Shown piece after piece: positions 31,800 to 41,761 of a stretch of DNA of 64,000 nucleotides. The stretch comes from a bacterium (GTDB taxonomy: Bacteria > Patescibacteriota > Minisyncoccia > Phycocordibacterales > Phycocordibacteraceae), in contig JBBCGK010000001.1 of NCBI GenBank assembly GCA_037200965.1, positions 64,001-128,000 of the forward strand. The letters run 5' to 3'. Positions within the stretch are counted from its first letter, which is position 1. Every line of letters begins with the position of its first letter. The translations under genes and the position numbers were made by a program. The notes below the pieces were generated by a model, which was not told where the DNA came from, searched no databases, and saw only the letters and a program-made list of their open reading frames with translations.

Positions 31800-33056
31800 A
31801 TGCCGCGAACCCTTAACGACATCATCCCGCCCTCGCGCAGGCGCAAGATGGAAGAGGAAGGCGCGCTTCCCCCGGAAGCTTCATACCGGCAGGCTCCGCC
31901 TCCGCAGCAGCCGATGTACGGCGGCCCGTCCCCGCGCCGCTTCCCGTACGCGACCGCGCTCATCGCGCTCGTCATCATCGCCCTTTCGGTGGGTGCACTC
32001 TATCTTTTCTCCGGGGCGAAAGTGACGATCGACCCGTCAAGCGACACGGTCGCCGTCGCCGGAACCTATAGCGCGACCGCTTCGGGAGGGGCGCTGCCGT
32101 TTGAAGTGATATCAGTCCAGAAAATCGGCACGCAGTCGGTGCCGGGAGAAGGAACCGAGACGGTGAATCAGGCGGCGCAAGGTACCGCGACCGTGTTCAA
32201 CACCCAAAAGACCCCGCAACGGCTTATTACCAATACCCGCTTCGAGACTCCGGCCGGGCTTATCTTCCGTATCCATGCGCCGATCGTCGTTCCTGCCGCC
32301 AAGGACGCGAATACGCCGGGAAGCGTAACCGCGACGCTCTATGCCGACGCCGCGGGAGAAAGCTATAACATCGGCGCGACGACTTTCACGCTTCCGGGCC
32401 TTGCGGGCTCTCCGGCGTTCACCGCCGTCACGGCAAAATCATCGGGCCCGATGGCCGGAGGGTTCACGGGTACCCGCCCGAAGGTCGCGGAGGCGACCGC
32501 GAACACCGCGCGGGGAACTCTCAAGACCGCGCTCCAGGGCGATCTTGTAACCGCGCTTAAGGCGGAAATCCCTGCCGGATACGTGCTTCTTCCCGGCGCG
32601 ACGTTCACTTCGTATCAGGACCTTCCGAACGCCGCGGGCGCGAACGGCACGTCGGTTGATGTGAAGGAGCAGGGCACCGCGACCGCCGTCGTATTCCCGT
32701 CCGCGCCGCTTGCCTCCGCGATCGCCGCGCAGGTGCTCCCGGGCTATAACGGCGAGCCGGTGAACATCCCGGACGCGGGGAAGCTCGTGCTCACCCCTTC
32801 GACCGGAGCCCCGGCGGAAGGCGCGACGACCTTCGACTTCACGCTCTCGGGAAATACCACGATCGTCTGGACCGTGGATCCGGCGCGCATCGCCTCGGCG
32901 GTCGCGGGAAAGACCCGTGAAGCCGCGCAAGTGGTGCTTTCGGGCTTCCCCGAAGTGAAGCGGGCGCTTCTGGTGCTCCGGCCGTTCTGGACGGGCGCCT
33001 TCCCGGGAGACCCCAAAGACATCGACGTGGTAGTTAACCCGCCGTCCGGCAGTTGA
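31800..33056 (+). CDS. hypothetical membrane-anchored extracellular protein
   Basis: Pro-rich cytoplasmic N-terminus, single TM (ALIALVIIALSVGALYLF), Thr/Ala-rich ectodomain. Confidence 0.5.
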   Translation: MPRTLNDIIPPSRRRKMEEEGALPPEASYRQAPPPQQPMYGGPSPRRFPYATALIALVIIALSVGALYLFSGAKVTIDPSSDTVAVAGTYSATASGGALPFEVISVQKIGTQSVPGEGTETVNQAAQGTATVFNTQKTPQRLITNTRFETPAGLIFRIHAPIVVPAAKDANTPGSVTATLYADAAGESYNIGATTFTLPGLAGSPAFTAVTAKSSGPMAGGFTGTRPKVAEATANTARGTLKTALQGDLVTALKAEIPAGYVLLPGATFTSYQDLPNAAGANGTSVDVKEQGTATAVVFPSAPLASAIAAQVLPGYNGEPVNIPDAGKLVLTPSTGAPAEGATTFDFTLSGNTTIVWTVDPARIASAVAGKTREAAQVVLSGFPEVKRALLVLRPFWTGAFPGDPKDIDVVVNPPSGS

Positions 33057-33095
33057 CGGTATCCCGGGCTCTTGCTAGGATAGAAAACGCATCGC

Positions 33096-33314
33096 ATGAA
33101 AGATACGGGAGGTATAGAACCGGTAACAGGCACCGTTGAAGAGGTGCTCCCTAACTCGTTATTTCGGGTCAGGATGCCGGACGGAGAGCTCCAGCTCTCG
33201 TATCTTGCGGGGAAGATGCGGCTGCACCGCATCCGCGTCCTCGTCGGGGATTCGGTCGAGCTCGTGACCGATCCGTACGGCGGAAGGGCGCGCATCGTGA
33301 GAAGGCTCAGCTAA
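33096..33314 (+). CDS. infA: translation initiation factor IF-1
   Basis: 72 aa S1-like fold ...[31 protein letters not shown]...[11 protein letters not shown]. Confidence 0.9.
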   Translation: MKDTGGIEPVTGTVEEVLPNSLFRVRMPDGELQLSYLAGKMRLHRIRVLVGDSVELVTDPYGGRARIVRRLS

Positions 33315-33322
33315 TTACACAC

Positions 33323-33439
33323 ATGAAAGTACGCGCATCTATTAAAAAGCAGCAGCCTGGAGATTTGCTCGTCCGCCGCGGCGGGCGTCTTTATCGCATC
33401 AACAAGCTGAAGCCGAGACGAAAGGCGCGTCAGGGTTAA
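33323..33439 (+). CDS. rpmJ: 50S ribosomal protein L36 (Zn-ribbon-less variant)
   Basis: 38-aa MKVRASIKK...[21 protein letters not shown]; canonical Cys/His zinc ligands absent; below the ORF-track length cutoff. Confidence 0.75.
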   Translation: MKVRASIKKQQPGDLLVRRGGRLYRINKLKPRRKARQG

Positions 33440-33462
33440 TTTTGAATATCTAAGTACTACCT

Positions 33463-33843
33463 ATGCGTATCGCCGGCGTATCCATCCCAGACGACAAGCA
33501 GCTCGCCTACTCGCTGCCGCTTATCTACGGCATCGGCCCTACCCGCGCGCTCGATATCCTCGCGAAAGCGGGCATCCCGGCAACGAAGAAAGGAAGCGAG
33601 CTCTCGTCGGACGAGGAGCAGAAAGTCCGCTCCCTGGCCGAAGGGTATACGATCGAAGGGGAACTGCGCCGCGAAATCGGACAGAACATAAAGCGCCTTA
33701 AGGATATCCGTTCATGGAGGGGCAACCGCCACGAGCGGCACATGCCGGTGCGAAGCCAGCGCACGAAGACCAATTCCCGCACCGTGCGCGGGAACGTGCG
33801 AAAGACCATGGGATCGGGACGCCGCACGCTCGAGAAGACTTAA
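33463..33843 (+). CDS. rpsM: 30S ribosomal protein S13
   Basis: MRIAGVSIPDDKQLAYSLPLIYGIGPTRALDILAKAGI... Confidence 0.9.
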   Translation: MRIAGVSIPDDKQLAYSLPLIYGIGPTRALDILAKAGIPATKKGSELSSDEEQKVRSLAEGYTIEGELRREIGQNIKRLKDIRSWRGNRHERHMPVRSQRTKTNSRTVRGNVRKTMGSGRRTLEKT

Positions 33844-33865
33844 TCGTACGCACCACTAAATCATC

Positions 33866-34300
33866 ATGGGTAAGAAACGAATCATCAAGAAGAGCGGGCG
33901 CGGCATGGACCAGGGACGCAAGGAGCGCGCCCTCTCCAAGGTTTCGAAGCGCCGCCTCGAGCGCGGCGTCCTCCACGTCGAGGCTACCTTCAACAATACC
34001 AAGGCCGTCCTCACCGACGAGAAAGGAAACGCGGTCATCTCTTCTTCCGCGGGAGCTCTCGGCTTTGCGGGCGCGCGCAAGTCGACTCCGTTCGCCGCGA
34101 CGAAAGTGGGCGAGCTCCTCGGCGAGAAGGCTGCGGCGATCGGCGTCAAGGAGGCGAGCGTTATCATCCGCGGCATCGGCGCCGGGCGCGAGTCGGTGCT
34201 CCGCGGCTTCTCGGCGAAAGGCATCCAGATCCGCGCCATCAAGGACGCGACCCCGATTCCTCATAACGGCCCGCGCCCGCCTAAGGCCCGCCGCGTCTAA
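33866..34300 (+). CDS. rpsK: 30S ribosomal protein S11
   Basis: ...GVLHVEATFNNTKAVLTDEKGNAVISSSAGALGFAGARKSTPFAA... Confidence 0.9.
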   Translation: MGKKRIIKKSGRGMDQGRKERALSKVSKRRLERGVLHVEATFNNTKAVLTDEKGNAVISSSAGALGFAGARKSTPFAATKVGELLGEKAAAIGVKEASVIIRGIGAGRESVLRGFSAKGIQIRAIKDATPIPHNGPRPPKARRV

Positions 34301-34309
34301 TCCATCACC

Positions 34310-34918
34310 ATGATCACCGGACCACGATACAAGATAGCGAAGCGCCTCGGGGCGAGCGTGTTCGAGAAAGCGCAGACGCAGAAGTTCGCGATTTCCGCCG
34401 AGCGCAAGGGAAAGGTACGCAAGGGCCGTCCGCGCGGCGCTTCCGAGTTCGGCAAGCAGCTTCTCGAGAAGCAGAAGGTGCGCGTGACGTACGGCGTCGG
34501 GGAACGGCAGTTCAGCCGCTACGTGAGCGAAGCGGTAGAGTCCGGCCACAACCCGGCCGAGCGGCTCCACCAGACGCTTGAGCTCCGGCTCGACAATGTG
34601 CTCTATCGTCTGGGACTCGCGAAGACGCGCCGCGGTGCCCGCCAGATGGCATCCCACGGGCATGTGACGGTGAACGGAAAACGCATCACCGTCCCTTCCG
34701 CGATGATCCGCCCGGGCGACGTCCTCAAGGTCCGCGAGGGAAGCCGGAAGTCCGTCCTTTTCGAAGGATTCAAGGAGCGCTTCGCCGAGAGCCCGCTCGC
34801 TTCGTGGCTTACCTTCAATCCGGAAACCATGGAGGGAGGCGTGAAGGAGATGCCGACCGCCGCTTCGGCGGATCCAGCAGGCGACCTTCTCGCCGTGCTT
34901 TCGTTCTACAGCCGTTAA
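34310..34918 (+). CDS. rpsD: 30S ribosomal protein S4
   Basis: MITGPRYKIAKRLG...; S4 domain ...RLDNVLYRLGLAKTRRGARQMASHGHVTVNGKRI. Confidence 0.9.
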   Translation: MITGPRYKIAKRLGASVFEKAQTQKFAISAERKGKVRKGRPRGASEFGKQLLEKQKVRVTYGVGERQFSRYVSEAVESGHNPAERLHQTLELRLDNVLYRLGLAKTRRGARQMASHGHVTVNGKRITVPSAMIRPGDVLKVREGSRKSVLFEGFKERFAESPLASWLTFNPETMEGGVKEMPTAASADPAGDLLAVLSFYSR

Positions 34919-34947
34919 TTTAATAATCTAGGTAATACGATTGAGTT

Positions 34948-35898
34948 ATGGAACACCACATCACACTGCCAAGCAAGCCGCGCATCGTCTCCGAAGAGGG
35001 GATGGCGGGCATGTACGAGATCGATTCGCTGTATCCGGGCTACGGCCACACGCTCGGCAACAGCCTCCGCCGCATCATCCTTTCCTCGCTTCCGGGCGCG
35101 GCCGTCACCTCGGTCAAGATCGAGGGCGTGCCGCACGAGTTCGCCACGATGGAAGGCGTGCGCGAGTCGGTCATGGAAGTGCTCCTCAACCTCAAGCGCG
35201 TGCATTTCACGCTCCACACCGACGAGCCGCAGACCATCTCGCTTTCCGTAAAGGGGCCAAAGCACGTCACGGCGGCCGATTTCAAGCTCCCGAGCCAGGT
35301 GGAGATCGCGAATCCGGAGCAGCACATCGCCGACGTTTCGGGCAAGATCGCGTTCGAACTCGAAGCGTCGATCGAGCGCGGCCTCGGCTATGTCCCGCGC
35401 GAAGTCCTTACCAAAGAGAAAGTCGACATCGGCGCGATCGCGCTTGATGCGACCTTTACGCCTATCCGCCGCGTGAACTACGAAGTCGAGAACATGCGCG
35501 TCGGCGACCGCACCGATTTCAATCGCCTTCGCATCCTCATCGAGACCAACGGCACTATCGCTCCCCGCGAGGCGCTTGAGCGCTCGATCGAGATCATGAT
35601 CCACCAGCTCAAGTCGGTTATCGGCTTCCAGGAGGAAGCGGCACCGAGCCCCGAGGTGAAGCTCGAGGCGGAGTCTTCTTCGGAAGGAACGGCGGACTCG
35701 ACAAAAATGAAAGTCGAGGATCTCGGCCTTTCGGCCCGCGTCACCTCCGCCCTTACGGATGCGGGCATCCGTTCCGCCGCGGGCCTCGCGCGCAAAAGCG
35801 CGTCCGCCCTTGAGGAGCTCGACGGCATCGGCGAGAAGGCTATCGCGGAAATAGAAAGTGCGCTAAACTCCCTCGGTCTCGCGCTTAAGAAGGACTGA
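34948..35898 (+). CDS. rpoA: DNA-directed RNA polymerase subunit alpha
   Basis: N-terminal dimerisation domain ...GHTLGNSLRRIILSSLPGAAVTSVKIEGVPHEF...; C-terminal HhH alpha-CTD. Confidence 0.9.
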   Translation: MEHHITLPSKPRIVSEEGMAGMYEIDSLYPGYGHTLGNSLRRIILSSLPGAAVTSVKIEGVPHEFATMEGVRESVMEVLLNLKRVHFTLHTDEPQTISLSVKGPKHVTAADFKLPSQVEIANPEQHIADVSGKIAFELEASIERGLGYVPREVLTKEKVDIGAIALDATFTPIRRVNYEVENMRVGDRTDFNRLRILIETNGTIAPREALERSIEIMIHQLKSVIGFQEEAAPSPEVKLEAESSSEGTADSTKMKVEDLGLSARVTSALTDAGIRSAAGLARKSASALEELDGIGEKAIAEIESALNSLGLALKKD

Positions 35899-35920
35899 TA
35901 CGGCGGGTACACGGAAAGCC

Positions 35921-36268
35921 ATGCGACACAACAACAAAGGACGTGCGTTCAACCGACCAGACAACCAGCGCGCCGCGCTCGTCCGGTCTCTTGCGCGCGC
36001 CCTTATCCTCGAGGAACGCATCTCGACGACCGAGGCCAAGGCGAAGGAACTCCGTCCCTTCATCGAGAAGCTCGTGACGCGCTCGAAAGCTGATACGGTC
36101 GCGAACCGCCGCCTTATCTCTTCGAGGCTCGGGAGCCCCGAGGCCGTCAAGAAGCTCTTCACGACGCTCGCGCCGCGCTATGCGGAAACGAACGGCGGCT
36201 ATACCCGCATCGTGAAGCGCCCGGCGACCGCAAACGGCCGCATGACCGCCTATATAGCTTTCGTCTAA
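35921..36268 (+). CDS. rplQ: 50S ribosomal protein L17
   Basis: MRHNNKGRAFNRPDNQRAALVRSLARALILEERISTTEAKAKELRPFIEKLVT. Confidence 0.9.
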   Translation: MRHNNKGRAFNRPDNQRAALVRSLARALILEERISTTEAKAKELRPFIEKLVTRSKADTVANRRLISSRLGSPEAVKKLFTTLAPRYAETNGGYTRIVKRPATANGRMTAYIAFV

Positions 36269-36269
36269 C

Positions 36270-36623
36270 ATGGAACCGAAACAGTACACCATCGATGCCA
36301 GGAATCAGTCGCTCGGACGCGTCGCAAGCGAAGCCGCTTCGATGCTCATGGGCAAGAAGTCCGCGCACTTCGTCAAAAACCAGATCCTTCCGGTCACCGT
36401 GACCATCACGAACGCTTCGAAACTCTCGCTTCCCGAGCGCCGCGTCGCCGGAAAGGAGTACACCCATTACACCGGCTATCCGGGCGGCCTCAAGGTCCAG
36501 GGCCTTGCCGAGATGATCGAGAAGAAGGGAGTGGGCGAGGTGCTCCGGAAGGCGATCGACGGCATGATCCCGCGCAACAAACTGCGCAAGGGCCGCATGA
36601 AGCTGCTTACCATCATCGACTAA
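36270..36623 (+). CDS. rplM: 50S ribosomal protein L13
   Basis: ...YTIDARNQSLGRVASEAASMLMGK... typical L13 N-terminus. Confidence 0.85.
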   Translation: MEPKQYTIDARNQSLGRVASEAASMLMGKKSAHFVKNQILPVTVTITNASKLSLPERRVAGKEYTHYTGYPGGLKVQGLAEMIEKKGVGEVLRKAIDGMIPRNKLRKGRMKLLTIID

Positions 36624-36631
36624 CTTTATTT

Positions 36632-37033
36632 ATGTCTGACTCTACCAAATACAGCGCGGCAGTCGGACGCAGGAAGACTGCGACCGCTTCGGTTCGGATC
36701 ACGAAAGCCGATACGGCGAGCGTGACCGTGAACGGCAAGAGCGCGAAAGACTATTTCAAGACCATGGAACGCACCAAAGTCGCCGAGGAAGCGCTTTCGG
36801 CAAAGGATCTCGCCGGTACCTATGCGGTTTCCGCGCGCGTCTCCGGAGGCGGCGTCGCCGCCCAGGCGGAAGCCGTCCGCCACGCGATTTCCCGCGCGAT
36901 CCTCAAGGAAGAGGCGGGCATGCGCGGTACGCTTAAGACCGCCGGATACCTGCGCCGCGACCCCCGCGCTGTCGAGCGCAAGAAGCCGGGACTTCGGAAG
37001 GCCCGCAAGTCTCCGCAGTGGAGCAAGCGTTAG
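36632..37033 (+). CDS. rpsI: 30S ribosomal protein S9
   Basis: GGGVAAQAEAVRHAISRAIL...RRDPRAVERKKPGLRKARKSPQWSKR. Confidence 0.9.
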   Translation: MSDSTKYSAAVGRRKTATASVRITKADTASVTVNGKSAKDYFKTMERTKVAEEALSAKDLAGTYAVSARVSGGGVAAQAEAVRHAISRAILKEEAGMRGTLKTAGYLRRDPRAVERKKPGLRKARKSPQWSKR

Positions 37034-37087
37034 TTCGGGAGTGTTTCCCCGGAAGCCTTTATCCCCGTCTTATCTTGTTTCGCTACG

Positions 37088-37303
37088 ATGAACTGCAGGT
37101 TCAGAATTCTCGAACGCGCGCTGAGCACCGAACATATCAAGCAGACAATCCGGGAGCCGGATATAAAGCGCGGTGCCGGAGAGGGAACGGTTAAGGTTTG
37201 GAAAAGACTTGATGCGGGCGTAAGGATCGTAGTAGTATACTCGCAAGGCAGAATCCGGAACCGCAAGAACGATTATTTCGTAATTACGGCATACTACTTA
37301 TGA
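37088..37303 (+). CDS. DUF4258-family protein (putative toxin of a type II TA-like pair)
   Basis: ...FRILERALSTEHIKQTIREPD...VKVWKRLDAGVRIVVVYSQG...YFVITAYY fits the DUF4258 pattern (F..HA.ER...I....V...PD....K.....GR.LRVVY......VITAY). Confidence 0.65.
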   Translation: MNCRFRILERALSTEHIKQTIREPDIKRGAGEGTVKVWKRLDAGVRIVVVYSQGRIRNRKNDYFVITAYYL

Positions 37304-37536
37304 AAATCACCTACGACAAACTGGCGGACGCGGCATATATGACGTTGCGGAAAGGGAAAGTGGCGAAGACCGTCGAAATGAGCGGAGACGTTATCATCGA
37401 TCTCGACAAGCGCGGGCATATTCTCGGCATAGAGATGCTCGCCGCTTCAAATCAATTCGCAAAGGGAGATCTTGCGAGGAATACGATCCCCGGCATTCCG
37501 GTTGAAATAATTTCCCGCTCGCCCGTTACCGTATAA
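37300..37536 (+). CDS. DUF2283-family protein (putative antitoxin partner)
   Basis: MKITYDKLADAAYMTL...DVIIDLDKRGHILGIEMLAAS matches the DUF2283 signature (MKITYDKEADALYI...G.IVGIEIL.AS); 4-nt ATGA overlap with the upstream gene. Confidence 0.65.
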   Translation: MKITYDKLADAAYMTLRKGKVAKTVEMSGDVIIDLDKRGHILGIEMLAASNQFAKGDLARNTIPGIPVEIISRSPVTV

Positions 37537-37541
37537 ATACC

Positions 37542-37691
37542 ATGAACTGCCCGAAATGCGGAAAGCCGATGGAAGCGGATGCCGGACGCTCCAGGGAAAC
37601 GACCAATTCGGAAACCGGAACGAGATACGACCATATCCAATACGTGTGCCGGGAAGACGACGTGTGGGTCACTACTGAAATCCCTAAATAA
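37542..37691 (+). CDS. possible 49-aa zinc-ribbon protein
   Basis: MNCPKCGKPMEA...YVCREDDVW: CxxC plus a distal Cys; below the ORF-track size cutoff; weak signals. Confidence 0.3.
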   Translation: MNCPKCGKPMEADAGRSRETTNSETGTRYDHIQYVCREDDVWVTTEIPK

Positions 37692-37699
37692 CTAAGGAC

Positions 37700-38257
37700 A
37701 TGCGGGACGAACGAGATGAATTCGAAATAGACGCGGAAGCCGCGGAGAACCGCCGTGCGCAGGGGGAAGACACGGACGCCGCAGATGAAACGGGCGCTGC
37801 CGGGAAAGTCGCAAAGTTGAAGAGGGAGATTGAGGCTCTTAAAAAGGAGAAGCAGGAATACCTCGACGGCTGGCAGCGCTCCAAGGCCGACTACGCGAAC
37901 GCGCAGAAGCGCTTCGACGAGGAGCGGACGGAAGCCGCCGCACGGGGAGCCGCGAGAGCCGCAGAGGCGCTTCTCCCCGCGCTCGACAGCCTCGAGCGGG
38001 CCAAAGCCTCGGGAGAGCTTCCGGAAAGTTTCGCGGGCATCGTAAAACAGCTTGAAACGGGGTTCGCGAAGCTCGGTCTCGTCCCGTTTGGCGCCGCAGG
38101 CGATACGTTCGACCCGGCGCTCCACGAAGCGCTCGGAAGCGATACGGCCGCATCGGCGGACGAAGACGGAACAATCACGGCGGTGCTTGAGCCGGGATAC
38201 CGGATGGGCGAACGTGTGCTTCGTCCGGCGAAGGTGCGCGTTGCGCATCTTGCATAG
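37700..38257 (+). CDS. grpE: nucleotide exchange factor GrpE
   Basis: Acidic N-terminus, coiled coil ...LKKEKQEYLDGWQRSKADYANAQKRFDEE..., C-terminal ...ITAVLEPGYRMGERVLRPAKVRV. Confidence 0.85.
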   Translation: MRDERDEFEIDAEAAENRRAQGEDTDAADETGAAGKVAKLKREIEALKKEKQEYLDGWQRSKADYANAQKRFDEERTEAAARGAARAAEALLPALDSLERAKASGELPESFAGIVKQLETGFAKLGLVPFGAAGDTFDPALHEALGSDTAASADEDGTITAVLEPGYRMGERVLRPAKVRVAHLA

Positions 38258-38334
38258 CCGGTTGCGGGGAGTAAAATAAAAGCATCTGCGCGAGCGGGCG
38301 TATTTATAAGGGCAAATCCTTAACCTATTTCACA

Positions 38335-40221
38335 ATGGCAAAAATCCTCGGCATAGACCTCGGTACCACGAACTCCGCGATGGCGATCATGGAGGGCGGC
38401 AAGCCGCGCATCATCGAGAACGCGGACGGCGCCCGCACGACCCCTTCGGTGGTCGCAATCTCCAAAAGCGGCGAGCGGCTCGTCGGGACGCTCGCCAAGC
38501 GCCAGGCGGTCACGAACCCGAAGAATACCGTCTATGGCATCAAGCGCTTCATGGGCCACCGCTTCCAGGACGAAGCGGTCCGGCGGGATACGGGCATCGT
38601 ACCGTACGAGGTGAAGGCGAGCGCCGATGGCGGCGTCGTGGTGCATCTTGGCGACAAGGACTACCGCCCGGAGGAGATAAGCGCGATGATCCTCGGCAAG
38701 CTCAAGGCGGACGCGGAAGCGAAGCTCGGCGAGAAGATCACGGAGGCCGTGATCACCGTTCCCGCGTACTTCGACGACGCGCAGCGAAACGCGACCAAGG
38801 CGGCGGGCCAGGTCGCGGGGCTCGACGTGAAGCGCATCATCAACGAGCCGACCGCGGCGGCGCTCGCGTACGGTTTCAATAAGAAGAAGGACGAGAAGAT
38901 CGTGGTGTATGACTTCGGCGGCGGCACCTTCGACGTGTCGGTGCTCGAAGTCGGGGACGACGTGATCGAAGTGAAGGCGACCGACGGGGACAGCCACATG
39001 GGCGGCCGTGACATCGACCAGAAGCTCGTGAAGCATATCGCGGCAGAGTTCCAGAAGGAGAGCGGCATCGACGTCACGAAGGATCCCCTTGCCCTCCAGC
39101 GCCTCGATGAGGCTGCGGAAAAGGCGAAGCAGGAGCTTTCCTCTTCCGCGGAGGCGGAAATCAACATTCCGTTCATCACCTCGGGCGCGGACGGGCCGAA
39201 GCATCTCCTTCTCAAGATCACGCGCGCTACCCTGGAGAGTCTCGCGGACGAATACGTTACCCGCTCGATCGATATCACCAAGCGCGCGCTTGAAGCCGCT
39301 GGCCTCAAGCCTTCGGACGTGCAGGAGATCGTGATGGTCGGCGGCCAGACGCGCATGCCGAAAATCCTCGAGGAAGTGAAGAAGCTCTTCGGGAAGGAGC
39401 CGAACCTTTCGGTGAATCCGGATGAAGTAGTCGCTATCGGCGCGGCCATCCAGGCCGGAATCCTCCAGGGCGACGTGAAGGATATTCTTCTGGTGGACGT
39501 CATCCCGCTCTCGCTTTCGATCGAAACCATGGGCGGCGTCGCGACCAAGCTCATCGAGCGCAACACCGCCGTCCCGACGAGCCGTTCGCAGACCTTCTCG
39601 ACCGCCGCAGACAATCAGACTTCGGTCGAGATACACGTGACCCAGGGCGAGCGCGCGATGGCCGCGGACAACAAGTCGCTCGGCAAATTCATGCTCGACG
39701 GCATTCCTCCGGCACCCCGCGGCATGCCGCAGGTCGAAGTATCCTTCGACCTCGACACCAACGGTATTCTCACGGTGAAGGCCAGAGAAAAGACCACGGG
39801 CAAGGAGCAGTCCATCCGCATCGAGGGCTCGACCGGGCTCTCGAAGGAGGACATCGAAAAAATGAAAGCCGACGCGGAAGCGCACGCGGGCGAAGACCAG
39901 AAGAAGAAAGAACTTATCGATGCCCGGAACCTCGGCGAGCAGATGGCCTATACCGCCGAGAAGGCGATCAAGGATGCCGGAGACAAAGCGCCAGCCGAGG
40001 TCGTCACGGAAGTGAACGAGAAAATCGTACTCGTGAAGCAGGCGAATGCCGGAGAGGATCTCCCGGCCATCAAGTCCGCAAGCGAGGCGCTCTCGGCGTC
40101 GCTTTCGAAGATCGGAGAAGCCATGATGAAGGCGCAGGAAGCGCAGACGCCGCCCGCAGGAAATCAAACCCCTCCGCCGGAAGCAGGCGCGACCGACGCG
40201 GAATTCAAGGAGAAGGAATAG
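38335..40221 (+). CDS. dnaK: molecular chaperone DnaK (Hsp70)
   Basis: [35 protein letters not shown] and other Hsp70 signatures; 628 aa. Confidence 0.95.
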   Translation: MAKILGIDLGTTNSAMAIMEGGKPRIIENADGARTTPSVVAISKSGERLVGTLAKRQAVTNPKNTVYGIKRFMGHRFQDEAVRRDTGIVPYEVKASADGGVVVHLGDKDYRPEEISAMILGKLKADAEAKLGEKITEAVITVPAYFDDAQRNATKAAGQVAGLDVKRIINEPTAAALAYGFNKKKDEKIVVYDFGGGTFDVSVLEVGDDVIEVKATDGDSHMGGRDIDQKLVKHIAAEFQKESGIDVTKDPLALQRLDEAAEKAKQELSSSAEAEINIPFITSGADGPKHLLLKITRATLESLADEYVTRSIDITKRALEAAGLKPSDVQEIVMVGGQTRMPKILEEVKKLFGKEPNLSVNPDEVVAIGAAIQAGILQGDVKDILLVDVIPLSLSIETMGGVATKLIERNTAVPTSRSQTFSTAADNQTSVEIHVTQGERAMAADNKSLGKFMLDGIPPAPRGMPQVEVSFDLDTNGILTVKAREKTTGKEQSIRIEGSTGLSKEDIEKMKADAEAHAGEDQKKKELIDARNLGEQMAYTAEKAIKDAGDKAPAEVVTEVNEKIVLVKQANAGEDLPAIKSASEALSASLSKIGEAMMKAQEAQTPPAGNQTPPPEAGATDAEFKEKE

Positions 40222-40247
40222 AAACGATCGTACGAGTGAAGGAAATC

Positions 40248-40270
40248 AAGACCCGCTCTTCGCGGGTCTT
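40248..40270 (+). terminator. hairpin terminator after dnaK
   Basis: aagacccgc-tcttc-gcgggtctt, overlapping the -35 of the next promoter. Confidence 0.5.
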
Positions 40271-40299
40271 GACACGTTACCACTGTATACTGTATAAAT
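40269..40299 (+). promoter_or_regulatory. sigma70-like promoter (TTGACA-N18-TATAAAT, with TG extended -10)
   Basis: ttgaca...ctgtataaat upstream of the 40331 ORF (RBS GGAG). Confidence 0.5.
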
Positions 40300-40330
40300 A
40301 GTCCCGGATCAACACAACGCGGAGTTTGCC

Positions 40331-40567
40331 ATGTCACATGCTTCAGTAAATGAAGGGAACAAGGCTTCTGTTCCTTCCGGAAAGCTCTCAGACATCATCT
40401 TTGCCATCGTTTTCGGGATTGTGCTGGTGATCATCGCGGACAATCTGGTGGTGGAGCCGCTCTTCAACTTCTTCACCAGCGAAAGGCCGGTGACGTCTCC
40501 GGTCTGCGACGATCCGGATGACTCCTCCGTCTACTGTTATCCGCACAAATGGTGGCAGGTCTGGTAA
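40331..40567 (+). CDS. small membrane protein
   Basis: 78 aa; one TM ([20 protein letters not shown]); Cys-containing tail. Confidence 0.4.
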   Translation: MSHASVNEGNKASVPSGKLSDIIFAIVFGIVLVIIADNLVVEPLFNFFTSERPVTSPVCDDPDDSSVYCYPHKWWQVW

Positions 40568-40674
40568 CGATATCCCGGACACGACAGTTTTTCCGCGAAA
40601 GGCGGCCGCTTGGCCGCCTTTCTGTATTGCCGCACGATTTTGCGCGCGCCCGTGAAGAGGCGTATACTTTTCAT

Positions 40675-41754
40675 ATGGCAAAAAACTACTACGAAACTCT
40701 GGGCGTCGAGAAGAACGCGAGCCAGGACGATATCAAGAAGGCCTTCAGGAAGCTCGCGCAAAAGCACCACCCGGACAAAGGAGGCGACGAGGCGAAGTTC
40801 AAGGAGATCACGGAAGCATACTCGACCCTTTCCGACGAGAAGCGGCGGAAAGAATACGATTCATACGGGCGAAGCTTTGCGGGAGGAGGCCCCGGCGCCG
40901 GGCAGGCGGGAGGATTCGGCGGATTCGATTTCAGCGGATTCGAGCAAGGGGGATTCGAGAATGTCGACTTCGGCGACATGTTCGAGGGCTTCGGCGACCT
41001 CTTCGGCGGCAGAAGGGCCGCGCGGGCGCCGCGCGGGCGCGATATCTCGATCGACATCGAAGTATCCTTCAAGGACTCGGTGCTCGGCACCAGGCGTTCG
41101 GTGCTCATCGCCAAGGTCGGGCAGTGCGATGTTTGTAAGGGGAACGGAGCGAAGCCCGGTACCGAGCTTGAGACCTGCAAGACCTGCGGCGGTTCGGGAC
41201 GCGTCCATGAAACCCGCAACTCGATACTCGGTACCTTCTCAAGCGTGCGTACGTGCGCGCACTGCGACGGTACGGGAAAGATCCCGAAGGAAAAATGCCA
41301 CGCGTGCGGCGGCAAGGGCGTGAAGCGGCAGGAAGAGGAGATACAGATCCAGGTACCTGCGGGAATCGATAATGGCGAGATGGTACGTCTCCCGCAGCAA
41401 GGGGAAGCCATAAAAGGAGGGGCTGCCGGAGACCTTTACGTGAAGATCCACGTAAAGCCGCATCCGGTGTTCCGCAAGGATGGCGCGAACCTCGTCATGG
41501 AGCTCCCCCTGAAACTCACCGACGCGCTCACGGGCACTACGGTCTCCGTCGAAACCATAGAAGGGAAGACGCTCGAGGTGAAAGTGCCAGCCATGAGCCG
41601 CACCGAGGAAGTGCTCCGCATCCGCGACAAGGGAGTGCCCGTGGAAGGGGGACAGCGCGGAGACCTTCTGATCCGCACCTCGGTCACGCTTCCGAAGAAG
41701 TTATCCTCGAAAGCGAGGAAGGCGGTGGAGGAACTGAAATCGGAAGGGTTATAA
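40675..41754 (+). CDS. dnaJ: molecular chaperone DnaJ
   Basis: J-domain with HPD ([13 protein letters not shown]), G/F-rich linker, four CxxCxGxG repeats ([32 protein letters not shown]); TATACT -10 lies 6 nt before the ATG. Confidence 0.9.
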   Translation: MAKNYYETLGVEKNASQDDIKKAFRKLAQKHHPDKGGDEAKFKEITEAYSTLSDEKRRKEYDSYGRSFAGGGPGAGQAGGFGGFDFSGFEQGGFENVDFGDMFEGFGDLFGGRRAARAPRGRDISIDIEVSFKDSVLGTRRSVLIAKVGQCDVCKGNGAKPGTELETCKTCGGSGRVHETRNSILGTFSSVRTCAHCDGTGKIPKEKCHACGGKGVKRQEEEIQIQVPAGIDNGEMVRLPQQGEAIKGGAAGDLYVKIHVKPHPVFRKDGANLVMELPLKLTDALTGTTVSVETIEGKTLEVKVPAMSRTEEVLRIRDKGVPVEGGQRGDLLIRTSVTLPKKLSSKARKAVEELKSEGL

Positions 41755-41761
41755 TGTTCGC

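Noticed and set aside
38320-40167. 615-aa minus-strand ORF opposite dnaK
   Set aside because: It is an antisense shadow of dnaK.
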